Assembly: GCF_006345805.1 (NCBI RefSeq)
Contig: NC_042997.1
Span: 88,102,001-88,166,000, forward strand
Length of the DNA stretch: 64,000 bases
From: Octopus sinensis
Taxonomy: Eukaryota
Reading direction: 5' to 3'
The notes beneath the pieces were generated by a model, which was given only the letters and a program-made list of their open reading frames with translations, had not been told where the DNA came from and did no database searches. The position numbers and the translations under genes are program-made. Of this stretch, positions 1 through 12,560 are shown in pieces (position 1 is the stretch's first letter; each line of letters opens with the position of its first letter).

Positions 1-868
1 TGGGTGATTTTATGTGCCACCGACACAGGTGCCAGACGAGGCTGGCAGACGGCCACGCTCGGATGGTGTTTTTATGTGCCACCGACACAGGTGCCAGATG
101 AGGCTGGCAAACGGCCACGATCGGATGGTGTTTGTTACGTGCCCACAGCATGGAGACCAGTCGATGCGGTACTGGCTACGGCCACGTTCGGATGGTTTTC
201 TTGTGTGCCACGTGCCACCGGCACTGGTACCACAAAGATACAAATTCCATTGATGTTCATCTATTTTGATTTGTTTTGATTTGATTTTCACTTGCCTCAA
301 CAGGTCTTCACAAGTGTCACAAGAAGGAAGGTATGCACAGGTGGACTGACTACGTCCCAGGTAGGGGCCACAGGTTATGGCCTGACTAGTCTTGCCGGGT
401 CTTCGGATGGTGTTTTTATGTGCCACCGACACAGGTGCCAGATGAGGCTGGCGAACGACCACGATCGGATGGTGTTTGTTACGTGCCCACAGCACGGAGG
501 CCAGTCGGTGCGGTACTGGCTACGGCCACGTTCGGATGGTTTTCTTGTGTGCCACCGGCACTGGTACCACAAAGATACAATTCCATTAATGTTCATCTAT
601 TTTGATTTGTTTTGATTTGATTTGATTTGATTTCATTTTGATTTTCACTTGCCTCAACAGGCCTTCACAAGTATCACAAGGAGGAAGGTATGCACAGGTG
701 GACTGACTACGTCCCAGGTAGGGGCCATGGGATATGGCCTGACTAGTCTTGCCGGGTCTTCGGATGGTGTTTTTATGTGCCATCGACACAGGTGCTAGAT
801 GAGGCTGGCAAACGGCCACGATCGGATGGTGTTTGTTATGTGCCCACAGCACGATGGCCAGTCGATAA
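1..868 (-). repeat. Tandem array (~2.5 copies, periods 344 and 357 bp) of an internal segment of an RTE-tailed SINE-like family, with ~55-60 bp subrepeats
   Basis: 'cggatggtgtttttatgtgcc' recurs at 60, 404, 761; 'ccagtcg(g/a)t' near 155, 499, 856. The reverse complement resembles 29180-29600. ORFs here are repeat artefacts. Confidence 0.85.
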
Positions 869-1901
869 ATTTTTTACTTAATTATGTTGTGAAATTTCTT
901 GCTCATTTCATGATGAAATAGGTAGATAGTTCTTGTAAATTTCTCAGATTATTTATATTACCTAATTGTAGTTTACATTCTGAACTATGAGTTTGATATT
1001 CAAATCAAATTTATTTTCAGTTAATTTAGGATTTAATGGAGAATTAATTGATCTCTGAAGGCCTTCTTTACGTCTTTGTGTTGCCAAAACATTAAAACTT
1101 GTGACATCTACAATGGGAACATTATGGGACAATTGAGAGAAAATTAAGTCAAATGCCCAAAAAGTTACTCTATTAACTGCTTGGACATTATCTTTTCATA
1201 GATCTAATGTGAGGGTTAAGATACACAGCTCAGACTTGACATAAGACCAAACTTGACATAATGTACAAACAGATGATACCCCATAAATATCAAAGAACTT
1301 TGGAGAGGTTCTTCATTCTCAAGCAGATGATGATAATGATGAATTGTAAGATAAAAGCAGTGTCCTTTCTCCTCCTGATGGCTCTCATACCCTCACCATC
1401 CCTCACATTGTGAACATCATTTGTGATAAAAACATACCCTATTATGATTCTTATTTATTCCCTAACCTATCTATCTTCAAATGTTAAGTATACATATTGC
1501 GCTGTATATGTATAGAAATTATTATTTTCATGCATAAAACTGGTCATGTTGCTTTTTTTTTTTTAGGAGGTGGGGACAAAAATAATGCCTTGAAACACAC
1601 TATCACTTAATAACTTGAAAATCAATGGTAAAGTTAATTTTGCATTACGGGATTCTGCATTACACCAAGTTTTTCAGGAAACATTGTTTCCGTAATGTGG
1701 GGTATTTCTGTATCCTGTACTATCTCATGGCGCATTATAGAATGTAAAAATAAATTTTGATTGCAGAAATTAATAATTAAACTGAACATTTGCCACAAAT
1801 AAATTAATTCACTGTTTAGATGATTGAAACAGTATAATACTTGAATAATTGCCTGTTTTTATTGTTTTATTCTATTTTATCTAGTCCAGTTCATCATTAC
1901 T

Positions 1902-2125
1902 TTAACCCTTTAGCATTTAAACCGGCCATATCCGGCTCAAAATTTTCTACATGTTTTATGTTCAAACTGGCCAAATCTGGCTTCTCACACCTACGTAAGA
2001 ACGTCATTGTAAAAATATATAGTCACATCATTGAAATATCAAAGCTACAAGATAATGCATGATTAATTCAAATCAAGGTGAATAAATAAGCATTACATTT
2101 GATAATCTGAATACATAAGGGTTAA
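1902..2125 (+). mobile_element. piggyBac-like MITE
   Basis: TTAA|CCCTTTAGCATT...AAGGG|TTAA; same internal sequence in five other copies in the window. Confidence 0.75.
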
Positions 2126-3229
2126 ATTGAAATCTCACTGAACTCAGCTTCCTATTTCATTCCTATGTGGTTGTGAAAAATAGTAATATACTGAGATCAG
2201 TTTAACCCTTTTGTGGCTGTATTTCATTATCTATATATTTTAGTTTTGAAAATAATAAATAATCCTAAGGGCTAACATATGTTGTTGTTAAACTGTTATG
2301 TGGAACATGACTTCACAAAAGATTCTTCCATAAAAATTATGAATGGAAGTTTTAAATTAAATATTTAAACACTTTAAAATGAATGGTTTTGTATCGTTGA
2401 ACCATGGGAGGCCTCAGGCCTGTTGATACAGTTAACTAACTGTTTAACAGTTAATTAAATATACACATCTATTTCCAAAGTTATCTTTATAGCCATAACA
2501 AGAAGTAAGCTTCCCACAAGCCAAATACACAAACTAATTCTGCTGCTTGGTTGAAGAGAATTCATATCATCATATTGTTAAAGTCTTGGAAAAAGCATTA
2601 ATATTGCATCTCGTTTTCCTTTCCATATAAAATTCTAAGTTTGTACCTAATAAAAAACAAAGTCATATAGCATAGTAATTACAGTGTAACTACATTTTCA
2701 GAGAAAGAAATTTGAAATTTTCCAATTGTGACTGTTGCATGTGTATTTCATGTTATTAGAAAAGGTTCAAATGTAGGTTGCAACTTTGTATTTTGCCTCT
2801 ATTACAATTTTAATGATTCATACCTACATAAAATATTGCTAATTATTTTAAAATTTCATAAAATTTTGTTTTATTGATTTTATGGTAAATAAATGATGAT
2901 TAGTTTTCTTTTCTTCTTTTTTTTTGTTGTTATTTTATATTTTATTTGGTTCATTATATCTTAACAATAAGATTGCTTGTCTTGAAGTTGGGAAAATGTC
3001 CCAATCTGCCATCTATTTCTATTTGGTTCCCTGCATTTACCTACAGATACTCATATTGTAGTCTTATTAGGGTTGCTAAAAACAATGTCAGTCAAAGTAT
3101 TGAGAGTCTATAATGAAGTTTTCTCTCCAATGTAACTATTTTCTGTTTTATATCCACTAAATCAATTCCATGCTTTGCAAAAGTTCAAATATTATAATGA
3201 ATTTACTCAACTAATATATTTTTGGAGAT

Positions 3230-3424
3230 TTAACCCTTTAGCATTTAAACCAACGATATCAGGCCCAAATATATTGTACCTTGATTTATGTTCAAACTGT
3301 CCAGATTCAACCGCTCACTCAACAATGTCATTCTAAAAATAAAGTCGCATCAAAACTTTGAAGTTACAAGATAATGCATGACTAATTCAAAACAATGTGA
3401 ATAATCTGAATGCTAAAGAGTTAT
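3230..3424 (+). mobile_element. piggyBac-like MITE, internally deleted
   Basis: TTAACCCTTTAGCATTT...GAATGCTAAAGAGTTAT; a paralogous empty TTAA site lies at 4463-4466. Confidence 0.75.
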
Positions 3425-3721
3425 AGTATTAGCATCAATGTAATGACCTTTGAACCTTATCTTCCATTTCACTACACTGACCTTTGCTTCTCTAAATTCT
3501 TCAACTTTATACTACCTCATGCAGCAGTTTCTCTACCTTCAGTTATTCTCCTTGATGTATCAGGTATGCAGTAAAAGAGTCACTGGTTGGTTGGAAATCT
3601 GTAACCAATGATGTTGTTGTTTATAAATTGTGATATGAAATAAATGAATGATAAAAAAATATATGTAATTGGAAATGTTGGGTAAACAGTAATACTTCTA
3701 GAAGAAAGTAAAGTATTTAGT

Positions 3722-4315
3722 GGAATATCTAAATATTGGTTTAAAATTTTGGCACAAGGCCAGTAAGTTTGGTGGAGGAGGTATGTCGCTTACATCACCC
3801 TCAATGTTCAACTGGTACTTATTTTATTGACCCTGAAAGGATGAAAGGCAAAGTCGACCTCACTGGAATTTGAGCTCAGAATGCAAGAACAGAAGAAATG
3901 CCACTCAGCATTTTGCCCACCATGCTAACGATTCTATCAGCTTGCCACCTTTGGATATCTAAATATTGGTTTCAAATTTTGGCACAAGGTCAGCAATTTC
4001 AGGGGTAGGGCTAAGTCAATTACATTAACCCTACTGTTCAACTGGAACTTAATTTTATCGACCTCAAAAGAATGAAAGACAAGGTTGACCTCAGCAGAAT
4101 TTGAACTCAGAAAGTAAGGAGGGACAAAATGCTAATGATTCTGCAAACTCACCACCTTGGAATATCTAAATACTGGTTTCAGATTTTAGCACAAGGCCAG
4201 GAATTTTGGAGGAGGGTCAAATCAGTTAAATTGATCCCAGTGCTTGACTGGTACTTATTTTATCAACCCCAGAAGGATGAAAGGCAAAGTCAACCCTAGC
4301 AAAACTTGGAAGAAT
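3722..4315 (-). mobile_element. Three head-to-tail copies of a tRNA-derived SINE (Meta-core-like)
   Basis: Units start ~3722, 3951, 4158. Reverse strand has A-box-like TGGCAGAAT..TTAG, B-box GAGTTCAAATTC and core GCCTTTCATCCTTTC.GGGTC.ATAAAATAAGTACCAG. Confidence 0.75.
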
Positions 4316-5390
4316 AAATACTGAAAAAAGTGAAAAGATTCAATGTTCAGTCTTTTCCTGAATTCATGAATATCCTATATAATATCCACTATATCAATTC
4401 CATATTTAAAAAAAAACTTCAAATATTATTGTCAATTTACTTGACTAAAATATTTTGGAGATTTAAATTAATAACATCAGTGTAATGACTATCACTCTTG
4501 ATTGACAATCCTTCCCTCAGCAACAGTCTGTAACTACTTGAACCTTTTCTTCCATTTTACTATTTTGCTGTAACTATGATAACTTTTGGATAAAGTGTTC
4601 TGGTTTTATGATGTCAAAATATAAACATGTAGAAATATATGCATATTGATGCTCCACAGTTATCCATGGCTGAATCAGTTCTAGCTGAAGCATACTGAAA
4701 TATTCAGAGCTGCAAGATTGTTCTGTATAGATGAAAAATTCATGTCCTTTAGATTACCAGAAGCTTTTATTGCAATTTCTATCAAATGGCCCTGCAAGAA
4801 ACTTGTATTAAAAAAAATTAACTTCTTTTTATTTTTTTATGTGAATTTAAACAGGAGAGCATCAGAAATTTAAACTATACTCCCAGTGGATAAAACTTGC
4901 TATCTGTTTTCAGTCCCCAGTAGTAATTATTCCTCTTCATTTACATCACTGATGCCTATAGGAAAATGAAGAGGAATTGTATCCAATCAAAACTTTAATT
5001 TATCATTTCCTTGAGACTTTTAAAGCATGATTACCCAATGATATTGCAGCCTATATGTAATCAAGCACTTGTCTTTAAATACAACTTACACAAAATTTGA
5101 AAATTTGTTTTTATGCAAATATTGATCCATTACAAAAATCTATAGCAAAGAGGAAATAAGGTACAAGAAATGCTTTAATGAACATATTTTGCTGATGGGT
5201 AGAAGCAATGTTGGTGGAGAGAAATGACTTCAACTAGAAATTTGAATACATTACTGACTTGTTTTACAGTAGCTTATCTGTTGCCACGTTTATGGATTTC
5301 TTTTTTTTTTTTTACTGTATTTGTAAAATGTGTGCACAAGAGGGTGTAACTTATATTATGTGTAACTCTGATTCCTCTTTCTTTTTGTAG

Positions 5391-5610
5391 GACGTCGGGC
5401 AAGCTTGGAGTCGTCGAGTAGCAAAGACACTTCCATATCAGCACACCAACTTTCTCCATTCAAATTTTCTAAGTTTAGCCGGGATTCTAGCAGGTTAAAA
5501 AAAATGGGGTACGGAAGATCTCCATTGCTGAGTTCTCAATCTGCCTGGGGTGATCAGGTCAGTTTACCTCGACAAGACTCCACCGACCAAACATTTGAGA
5601 ATGTGTCTGC
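5391..5610 (+). CDS. Internal coding exon (220 nt, phase 1 to phase 2) of an unidentified gene; Ser-rich peptide (G)RRASLESSSSKDTSISAHQLSPFKFSKFSRDSSRLKKMGYGRSPLLSSQSAWGDQVSLPRQDSTDQTFENVS(A)
   Basis: Polypyrimidine acceptor 'cctctttctttttgtag|G' (AG 5389-5390), consensus donor 'GC|GTAAGT' (5611), open frame throughout, higher GC and retained CpGs than flanks. Confidence 0.8.
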
Positions 5611-8600
5611 GTAAGTACTCTGGAATTATACATTTTAAGTCTGTTTCCAATGTCTATTGTTCGCCTGCACTAATTAATATTTCTGAGTATTGCCTCTAAA
5701 TCATACACTAAATGGTATAACTGAGATTTATTTCTATAATTTTGAGTTGGTGAGTGTAGATGTCTGAGTTGACAAGGTACCCTCACACAACCACTTAGCT
5801 ATGATATGTAAGTTACAATGTCTGACTTGATTTAGCTCAAAATGTTGCCTGCTTTTGTTGTTTTAGCTCTATTCCAATTCTAAATCTAAGATTACACTTC
5901 AAAGAGAATTTTTTTTCTGATGACAATTTTGAAGTTACTTAACCTCACACATTTCACTATATCACTATATACATTTTACTAATGCAGACCATAACCAGTT
6001 TCTGTAAACTCTGGTTTTCACATTCACACCAGAAATTCCTTCTTGAATCAACAGTTTATGATGTGTATGCACATGCATAAGTGGTCTTTTATATTGGTGT
6101 ACAACTTTTACTTGTATTTTATGACTGATTTCATTTATGTTACATATTTATATCAAATTTCATGTTAACTGATAAAACATTTTTAAATTTAAATATTACT
6201 TGCTAATATCATTGGCTGTGCATCCTTTAAATACACTTGGTTCTAAACCTTGTTCCATTCTTACATCATGGTTGAGTTGTTAGAAAAGGGAAAACCGTGC
6301 ATATAAATAAATCATCTCACCTATGCAAGCATTCAAAAATGGACAGAAAACAGTAAAAGAAAATTCTTTCATATCATTTGTATTCCAGAAAATGTTGGAA
6401 TACAAGTTATACAAGTTATATACCTATGTGGTATTAACCAGAATTTTCTTTAATCATACACAAGCAAGCATGTGCATGCATGTGTGCACGCACATGCACA
6501 CACCTAAATATATTTATATGTGTAAATTTGTATATCCTGAAATCATAAAAATATGAATAGTCTGAAGTTATATATTTACTATTTGCTGATGCAGGTGATC
6601 ACTAGTTTTCCCCATGTTCTACTGTTTACCATATACTTTTATGCATGATATTTACATATTGAAGCAGATTTAAATGTAATACATTTGTAAACAACAATTT
6701 AAGATCAAAACATGAACCAATGATGGAATCAAACCATAGATCTCTTGCTTTCTGTACAAATTCACTATCATTTACATCACTCTTGCCTTATGAGTCCTTG
6801 GACTCATGACATATGTGAGTGAATCTTTGGTATTTTTGATAAGAAGGGAAGAAGCGAAGTAATGGAGATTATCCATCATCTTTCCAGCATCAACCTTGGG
6901 CACCTTTTTGAATTCCACATGTCTAACACTCATAGACATGCTTACAGAACTGAAGAAACAACACAGCATCTATAACTTTTGGAAACATTTTTTCATGCTC
7001 AGAATTGCTGAAGCATAGAATAAACTATCTGCATGAACTGTCAGCTGTTAAGACATTAAATCTTTCAAATCTGTCATGCTCCCTGAAATTTGCCAACAGT
7101 ACACCTGATGTCCCCCAACCCCATATCTTGCTTTTTATTTTTCAGACTTTTTCATTATTCACTTCCTGTGCATATTCTATGTATTGTTCATGCAGTTTTG
7201 GTTACTTTTGCTGATGAGTTGTAGTGCATCTGAGCACTGTATATAATAAATTCATTATTATTTGGCAGGTGCTATGTGAGCTTTTTCTAGGTATTTGATG
7301 TATGATAATAATAGTTATGCAGTTATGTCTGGAAGATGAATTAAAAATGTGACAGTTATGTCATATTTTACCAAGTACCTATCTATAATATAGCTACAGA
7401 GAGTTAAGCTACTTCCAGTAATGTCTAATATTATTAAGATGTCCCAATTTGATTCAGTTTGTTGAGGATAATTGCCACCAGTACATCTAGAATCTGTAAT
7501 TTCCTGAATGGAATACAACAAAGATCAATTATGTCATCCATTGTAAGTACATAGCCTTACTACATCTCAGTATATGCATACAGCATTTATGTAGATGTCA
7601 TCAATCACTTTTATGCACCAATCCCTTAATGCAACTACACAACAATGCACAGTTTATGCATACTAACTTCCACTCAAAAGGTGTGTGCATAAATATATGT
7701 AGATTGATAGATAGACAGATAAATAGACAAGTAGATAGATATATACACACACACATTATGGGTGTCCATACAATTGCTATCTACCAAATTCCCATCACAA
7801 GATACTACAAAAAAACGATCTGTCCAGTGGGATTGAATCTGGAATAATGTGATTGTAATACAAGCTTTTTAACCACCATACCAGTGTCTATATCAATTCT
7901 ACCAAGAGAAATTTGTATAAAAAATTACACACACATATACACCCTCTCTCCCCACTTCTCTTTCTAACATAAATGTGTGTGTGCATGCATTTTTTGCTGT
8001 TGCATATTTGTGAAAGATGTAAACATTAATAAAGGAAACTGATAAACCAGTACTTTTGAACTAAAGTTCAATTTTTCCTCTTGTGTTACATAGATGCTCC
8101 TTGTCTTTCTAATCATCATAAAAAGCACCTACACCCAAAGATGTTAGTGTTCACAAAATGCAGTATAAAATAAAACTGAAGACAAAATAATAATTCTTCA
8201 GACTTAATCTGTTGCTATTTAATTTATGAAACTTTATATAATAGCTCAACTTCTTAGAAATAGCTGTCAATTTTCCCTTAAATTACAATCAATGAATCTT
8301 AGAGAAAAGAAGGATACATTGGACAATTTAGTACCAGTTATAGTGTGTCTGAGTGAAGAATGAGACTGTTACAATTGGAATACTCAATCAAGGGTTCAAA
8401 CTTAAATAATTCACTGTTATGAGCCATCACAGTGAGAGTGTGAAACTGGTCAGTCTTTACTGTAAGGGCAAAGAAAGACACCTGAAACTTGTTAAGCTAT
8501 TACAGAGCCATCAGAATTTGAAACAATGTTGACTACTTTACCTAGAGATCTTATGTCACAATTAGGAGATTCCTTTGTGTTAGTATAATAAGAAATAAGG

Positions 8601-9380
8601 AGACATGAACTCCTCAAGCTACATTAAAGACAGTCTGTCTAAGAGGACTCGATCAAGGTTGACTCTGATTAAGTATTCCAACATCATTGTAAATATAGGG
8701 ACTTTTATCAGGTGAAAGTGTTTTAGAAAGCAGGGAAAGTAATGTCATAGATTATTTCTTTATCAACATTAATAAAATTTGTTTTATTTTTAATACCCAT
8801 GTTTTTATATATGAGTTGAATATTTAATACTCACCATCATCATCATCATTGTTTTAACATTCACTTCTCTATGCCCTTCCTCCATTCCTGTCACCATCCC
8901 TTATCTCTTACCAAGCAAGGTAATATTTACTCATGATCAGACATATTTTCACCAAATGTTATAAATGAATTTAATTTACATTTACAAAAAGCATGTAATG
9001 TCAAGAAAAAGAGACACAGCCACACACACATACATAGACAGACAAACATATGTATGTACAATGGACTTCTTTCTGTTTCTGTCTACAAAATCCACTCATA
9101 AGTAATAGCTTAACAAGTTTCAGGTGTCAGCTCAAGGCTATAGTAGAAGACATTTGCCCCTGACTGAACCCAAAACCATTTCATTGGGAAGCAAGCTTCT
9201 TAACCACATGGCCATGCCTATATCTATAATCCTTGTACCTATATGAATGAAAATAAACAATTACTAAAACTAAGGTGGTGTAATGGTTGAGAAGTAGACT
9301 AAATGCTTTATTGTGTTTAGTTTCATATCTCTACCTTTTGAGTTCAACATCTTTGAGGTTCAACTTTGTCCTACACTCCC

Positions 9381-9609
9381 TTAACCCTTTAGCTTTCAGA
9401 TGACTCTTATCACATATAGTGCTTATTCATTCAAATTGTTTTGAACTAATCATGCATTATCTCATAGCTTTCATATTTTAATGATGTAATTGTTTACTTT
9501 TAGAATGACATTGCAGGGTAGTTGTGAGAGGCCTGATCTTGACAATTTGAACACAAAACAAGTAGAATATTTGGGCCTGATATGGCCAGTTTGATTGCTA
9601 AAGGGTTAA
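9381..9609 (-). mobile_element. piggyBac-like MITE, reverse orientation
   Basis: TTAACCCTTTAGC...GCTAAAGGGTTAA; interior is the reverse complement of 1902-2125. Confidence 0.75.
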
Positions 9610-10484
9610 ATTTGATAAAATAAGTACCAGTCATGTATGTACACAGGCTGACTTAATCTTTTATGATCCTTCCCTACAAAATTTTTTGCTGGGTGAATCA
9701 GTAGAAACAATAGATTTAGTCAATAGAATAATATTGATTTTAAACTGATGATATATCAACTAACTATATTCCTTCCTTAGAAAAATTAGATTATGCTTAG
9801 TCAGAAGAAGTTATACATGATATGAGATCTACCAGTGTTATATGATAAACATAAAAGTACTCAGTGCATCTTTGTGTTAAAAGTGTGTAGAGTATGGTTT
9901 ATTTATAAAGAGAAACAGGATTGCATTATTACCTGTATCACATTGTCATTCAACTGGCATTTCATTTGATTGTACACATCAGTGGATTGAGAAGAGATGA
10001 CTAATAATGATTTAAAATTGCACATGCCACAATTTCAAGTAATCATTGGGGTCTTTGGCATAAGTTATTCAATATACACCAAGAGAGTGTCTTTTGAAGT
10101 TGAGATGAAATTTGGGTTTGTGCTGGCAGGCTGAAATAAGCTTATTTCTTTCTCTATAAGTATTTTATAAATTCTAATATATGATATTAACTTACATCAA
10201 TTGTAATATCAGTTATACTAACCTAATAAATATTTGTAACAAAGTTAAAATTGCTGATATCGTCATTTCCACCACTTTTGCTAATACAGTTTTACAATCC
10301 AGCAAGGGCCCATCAATTGAAGCAACTTGATCCACTGACAATAGCAGCTTAATTATTCCCAAATCACACCTTAATATCTTAAAAAAGGGAAGGACACAAT
10401 GAATAGTATTGTCTTCAATCCACTGTGTATAAATAACAGATAGGATAAATACTACTGGAATGCTTTTGATCACAGGTTTGCTTA

Positions 10485-11030
10485 ATAACCTGTCACTAAG
10501 AAGGAGCAAAAACCTTCACTTTTACAGTTTAGATAGGTGCTTGAGTGAAGGAAATTCTTCGATATGATTATTTTCTCAGCCAAGCTGAGTCTGCTCATTC
10601 TAAGGTTTGCACTTTTCTGGTATCCTCCGCTTGATGCTATAATACACAGCTTTTTCCTTCTATCTCCATATGTGCCTTGCTAGTGACATTTTGTCTCTCT
10701 TGGATATTAAATGAAGACCTGTGGTTATTGAATCTTGTTTCTAAAAGGACCTTCTCTCATGCCCAAGTATTTCTTTACATGTGTATTCTTTGACTTCACC
10801 TCCACAACATGCACAATAGTTTTTGTACTGGCTGTATAGTGGGCATGTGGTAATGCCTCTGAATGAACAACTTGCCTCTGTTCTAGGTTTGGGTGTTTGA
10901 CCTTGATTTTTTTCCACAGATTTTGTTCCAGGTTTTTACAGCAACTGTAAGACATACAAACTAAATATGGTACTTTCAAACCTCCAGTGACAAAGAACCA
11001 CACCCTATTATTCCTTTTAGCCATTTCTGA
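10485..11030 (-). mobile_element. Decayed Penelope-like element, C-terminal GIY-YIG endonuclease (Naiad-like)
   Basis: Minus-strand translation across frameshifts: SCSFRGITTCPL / KTIVHVVEVKS..KKYLGMREGPFR / RFNNHRSSFN / LSLAEKIII / YLNCKSE, matching the recalled CxC..CPL..C..VVY..YIGMTE..FK.R.NNH..SF..LCL.EK..LNKRSE pattern. Confidence 0.75.
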
Positions 11031-11273
11031 TGGTTGCTGGAATCAGTTCTCAACTGCTTGTATGAAATCAATTAGTAATTTGGCTATTATGAGACTATAA
11101 TGTGTTGTTACCAGAGGTGTTAAGGTGATGAGCTAGCAAAATCATTAACATAGTGGACAAATGATTAGCAGCATTTCTGACTCATTACCTTCTGCCAAAA
11201 TTAACTTTGTTGTTCATTCTTTTGGGGTTGATGAAATAAGCACCAGTTGAGCAGTGGGGTCAATGTATTCAAC

Positions 11274-11425
11274 CACTAACATAGCTAGAGGGGAGCAAAG
11301 GGGGTGGTCCACCTTGGGAAGCACTGTTTTGGGTCTGCTGTAGGCAATATGTATTTTTTGTTTGAGCCTGGGGGTGGCAAACTGAAGGACCACCCCAGGC
11401 AGCACACACTCTAACCATGCTAGTG
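11274..11425. mobile_element. 152-bp hAT-type MITE nested in a SINE
   Basis: TIRs CACTAACATAGCTAGAG / CTCTAACCATGCTAGTG (14/17 match); flanking 8-mers TATTCAAC (11266-73) and TAATTGAC (11426-33) both resemble the host SINE's TAATCGAC, implying an 8-bp TSD. Confidence 0.7.
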
Positions 11426-11706
11426 TAATTGACTATCCCCTTCATTCAAAATTTTAGTCCTTGTGCCTGTAGTAAAAAGTGTTATTATTATATAAGGCAG
11501 TAAGCTGGCAGAATTGTTAGCACACCAGGTGAAATGCTTAGCAGCATTTCATCTACTGCTACATTCTGAGTTCAAATTCTGCCAAGGTTATCTTTGCCTT
11601 TCATCCTCGTGGGGTTGATAAATTAAGTACCGGTGAAATGCTGTGGTTGATGTAATCGAGCAGTATCCTCCCTTAAATTTCAGGCCTTGTGCCTTTAGAA
11701 GAAAGG

Positions 11707-11713
11707 ATTATTA

Positions 11714-11780
<67 letters not shown>
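11707..11780. repeat. (ATT)n microsatellite
   Basis: Direct reading; explains the poly-Ile ORF 11673-11870. Confidence 0.95.
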
Positions 11781-11782
<2 letters not shown>

Positions 11783-12000
11783 GAAGGCAGCAAGCTGGCA
11801 GAACTGTTAGCAAAACCATGTCGAAAAAATGTTTAGTGGCGTTTTGCCCATCTTCACATTCTGAGTTCAAATTCCACCAAGGTCAACTTTATCTTTCATC
11901 CTTCCAGGGTCAATAAAATAAGTACCGGTCAAGCACTGGGATCAGCTTAATCGACTCACCCTCTCTTGAAATTGCTGGTCTTGTGCCGAAATTTGAAATT

Positions 12001-12560
12001 ATTATTATTGTTATTATTATTATTGGTGATGATGATGTTTGACTCTGGTTCATTCTTATTCGTAGTAGAATTTATGTGGGTAGTGGATTACTACCTGTAA
12101 CCTTAGGTATACATAAGTTTTCAGTAGCCTTTCAAGTGCTTAAAATGCTCCTGGTAATCTTACTTGCCTCTAAGAGGTAAACTTTCTGTACTTCAACTAT
12201 TTGTCTATATCTTTACTTACAATTCCCAATGCACCATTTAATACAGGCACAGCCTTTACAGTTTTCATACTCCAAATTCTTGCAATTTCAATTTTAAGGG
12301 ATTGCAGTTTTCTCATTTTTCATCCTCTTTCTTTACAATCCTGGAATCAATTAGTAAGCAACTTCGCTTTTCCTTGTCTATCATTGTTATGTCTGGTCTA
12401 TTATTTTCTAGCTCCTTATCCATCTGAATAGGAAAATCCCTTAAGTGTTGGCTGGCAATGAGATAGTGCACATGTTCTTTTATTCTTTTCATTTTCTTAC
12501 TAGTGTCATTCACTAGATTATGGTCATACTGTAGCACCCCTTTCAATGTTTTTTTTTATC
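12001..12560 (-). mobile_element. 3' fragment of a non-LTR retrotransposon with restriction-like endonuclease (R4/Dong-like), 3' UTR and (AAT)n tail
   Basis: LRDFPIQMDKELENNRPDITMIDKEKRSCLLID / KKEDEK / LKIEIARIWSMKTVKAVPVLNGALGIV / KVYLLEASKITRSIL: the RPD..D..KE.K...GALG signature of RLE domains. Confidence 0.85.

Larger units (their letters stand above)
11123..12000 (+). mobile_element. Three head-to-tail tRNA-derived SINE copies separated by (ATT)n
   Basis: Units start ~11123, 11494, 11782 with AAGG..G.(G/A)AGCTGGCAGAA; tails run into (ATT)n; same family as 3722-4315. Confidence 0.75.

Noticed and set aside
1-868. Regularly spaced repeats resembling a CRISPR array
   Set aside because: Spacers are themselves repeated, context is eukaryotic, no cas genes.
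6772-6969. 65-aa minus-strand ORF with protein-like composition
   Set aside because: No splice signals or recognisable motif; probably a decayed transposon.
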